DNA of 64,000 bases from Microcoleus sp. (GTDB taxonomy: Bacteria > Cyanobacteriota > Cyanobacteriia > Cyanobacteriales > Microcoleaceae), in contig JAYFMW010000020.1 in NCBI GenBank assembly GCA_042408215.1, positions 64,001-128,000 of the forward strand. The letters run 5' to 3'. Positions 62,796-64,000 of the stretch are shown here, piece by piece. Below the pieces are notes generated by a model, which did no database searches, had not been told where the DNA came from, and was given only the letters and a program-made list of their open reading frames with translations. Both the position numbers and the translations under genes were made by a program. Each line of letters begins with the position of its first letter. The stretch's first letter is position 1.

Positions 62796-63957
62796 ATGAC
62801 GCGATTTATTCACGATCGCTTTGCCAAAGAATTTCTGGAAGAACTACTGTCCCCGATCGGCCAGGTTAATATCGGTCGCGATGTGACTTCCGAAGTCCGA
62901 GAAATTGATGTTTACTTCACTCCAAGCACCGCAATTCCCTCCTACTCAGCCAGCCTGGGATTGTTGGGAAAAATGGCAAGCACAACTGCAATTTTTGAAC
63001 CGTTTCGCAATCCGGCTAACGTCAGCGAAATTTGTAGCTGTCTGGGTAAGTTATTGGATGTGCGAGGTGAATTGGAGCGACAATCTAGAAGAGAAAATAC
63101 TCGCTATGATGACGCTCAGTTCCCCAGACTGTGGATTTTGATGCCCACAGCATCGAAAGCATTGGTAGATAGCTTTAATGCGATACCAGATACCCAGAAT
63201 TGGATGCAGGGAATTTATTTTTTGGGGGAATCTTTGCGAACTGCGATCGTCGCGATTCACCAATTGCCAGAAACTCCAGAAACCCTGTGGTTGAGGATTT
63301 TGGGCAAAGGGGGCGTGCAGCAAAGGGCGATCGCCCAATTGAGCGCTTTAGCAACGGATGATCCGTTGCGGATAATTGCGCTAGAATTGTTGTATCGCCT
63401 ACAGTCACATTTAGTAGCCGATACCCCACAGGAAATTGAGCCAGAAGAGCGGGAGTTAATTATGGCGATCGCACCACTTTTTCAACAACAAATACAAGCT
63501 GCACAGCAACAAGCTAGAGAAGAAGGACTAGAACAAGGGCTAGAACGAGGACTAGAACGAGGACTAGAACAAGGACTAGAACAGGGACTAGAACGAGGTA
63601 GACAAGAACAACAGCGCTTAATTTTAGAAAATTTTCTGCGAGTTCGCTTTGGAGAATTAACCCCAAAAATGACAGTTTTTCTTGGCTCGAATATCCAAGT
63701 TGCTTGCGGCGGAATTTACCGTTTTGTTGCTGGCAATATCCATGCTAAATGTCGATGAAGCTGGGCGGGAACAAGCGGTGAAGTTGTTAGCTGAAAGTGT
63801 CTGGAAAATGTCCGTTACTAACTTGGAGGATCTTCGGCCGCTGGCCATGACTAATTTATTGGCATTGCCTGTGGCAGAATTGACTTTGTTTGTGGAACAA
63901 CTGCCGCACTTATCGGATGCTGAATTGAGGGAAAGGTTAGGGAAAATCCCTGAATAA
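62796..63957 (+). CDS. Cyanobacterial Rpn/DUF4351-like (PD-(D/E)XK) protein; probable +1 frameshift near 63678
   Basis: HDRFAK, REIDVYF, FEPFRN, TPETLWLRILG, (GLEQ/GLER)n. An overlapping frame at 63682-63957 continues the protein. Confidence 0.7.
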
Positions 63958-64000
63958 AAGCTGTTTGATTAGCTAATAAAAAACAGAAAACTCAGATACC

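Overview
Chromosomal window from a filamentous cyanobacterium, probably Microcoleus/Oscillatoriales-like. This is inferred from dense HIP1 GCGATCGC octamers, heptamer tandem repeats, ndhD and an rbpG-type gene. The housekeeping backbone comprises ndhD, minCDE, pilT, tRNA-Asn, amiC-murI, infC, prfC, an ABC1 kinase, cobU and polysaccharide GT2/WcaF genes. Several accessory layers are interleaved with it. (i) Three RNA-guided-nuclease transposons: an apparently complete IscB + omegaRNA element whose ends, guide and TAM can be read from the sequence, an intact IS200/IS605 TnpB, and a broken IS607-type TnpB. There is also a solo IS200/IS605 right end in the infC leader. (ii) A 1219-aa protein of three capped LRR solenoids (17+14+13 near-identical 69-bp units) that vary almost only at ligand-face positions; it lies near an HTH-NB-ARC protein that lacks a sensor domain. 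(iii) Nested REP/MITE elements, some inserted in-frame in coding genes. (iv) A frameshifted DUF4347/FG-GAP/RTX-like secreted-protein locus. All calls come from reading motifs by eye; no database search was run. Several 1-bp frameshifts could be assembly errors.
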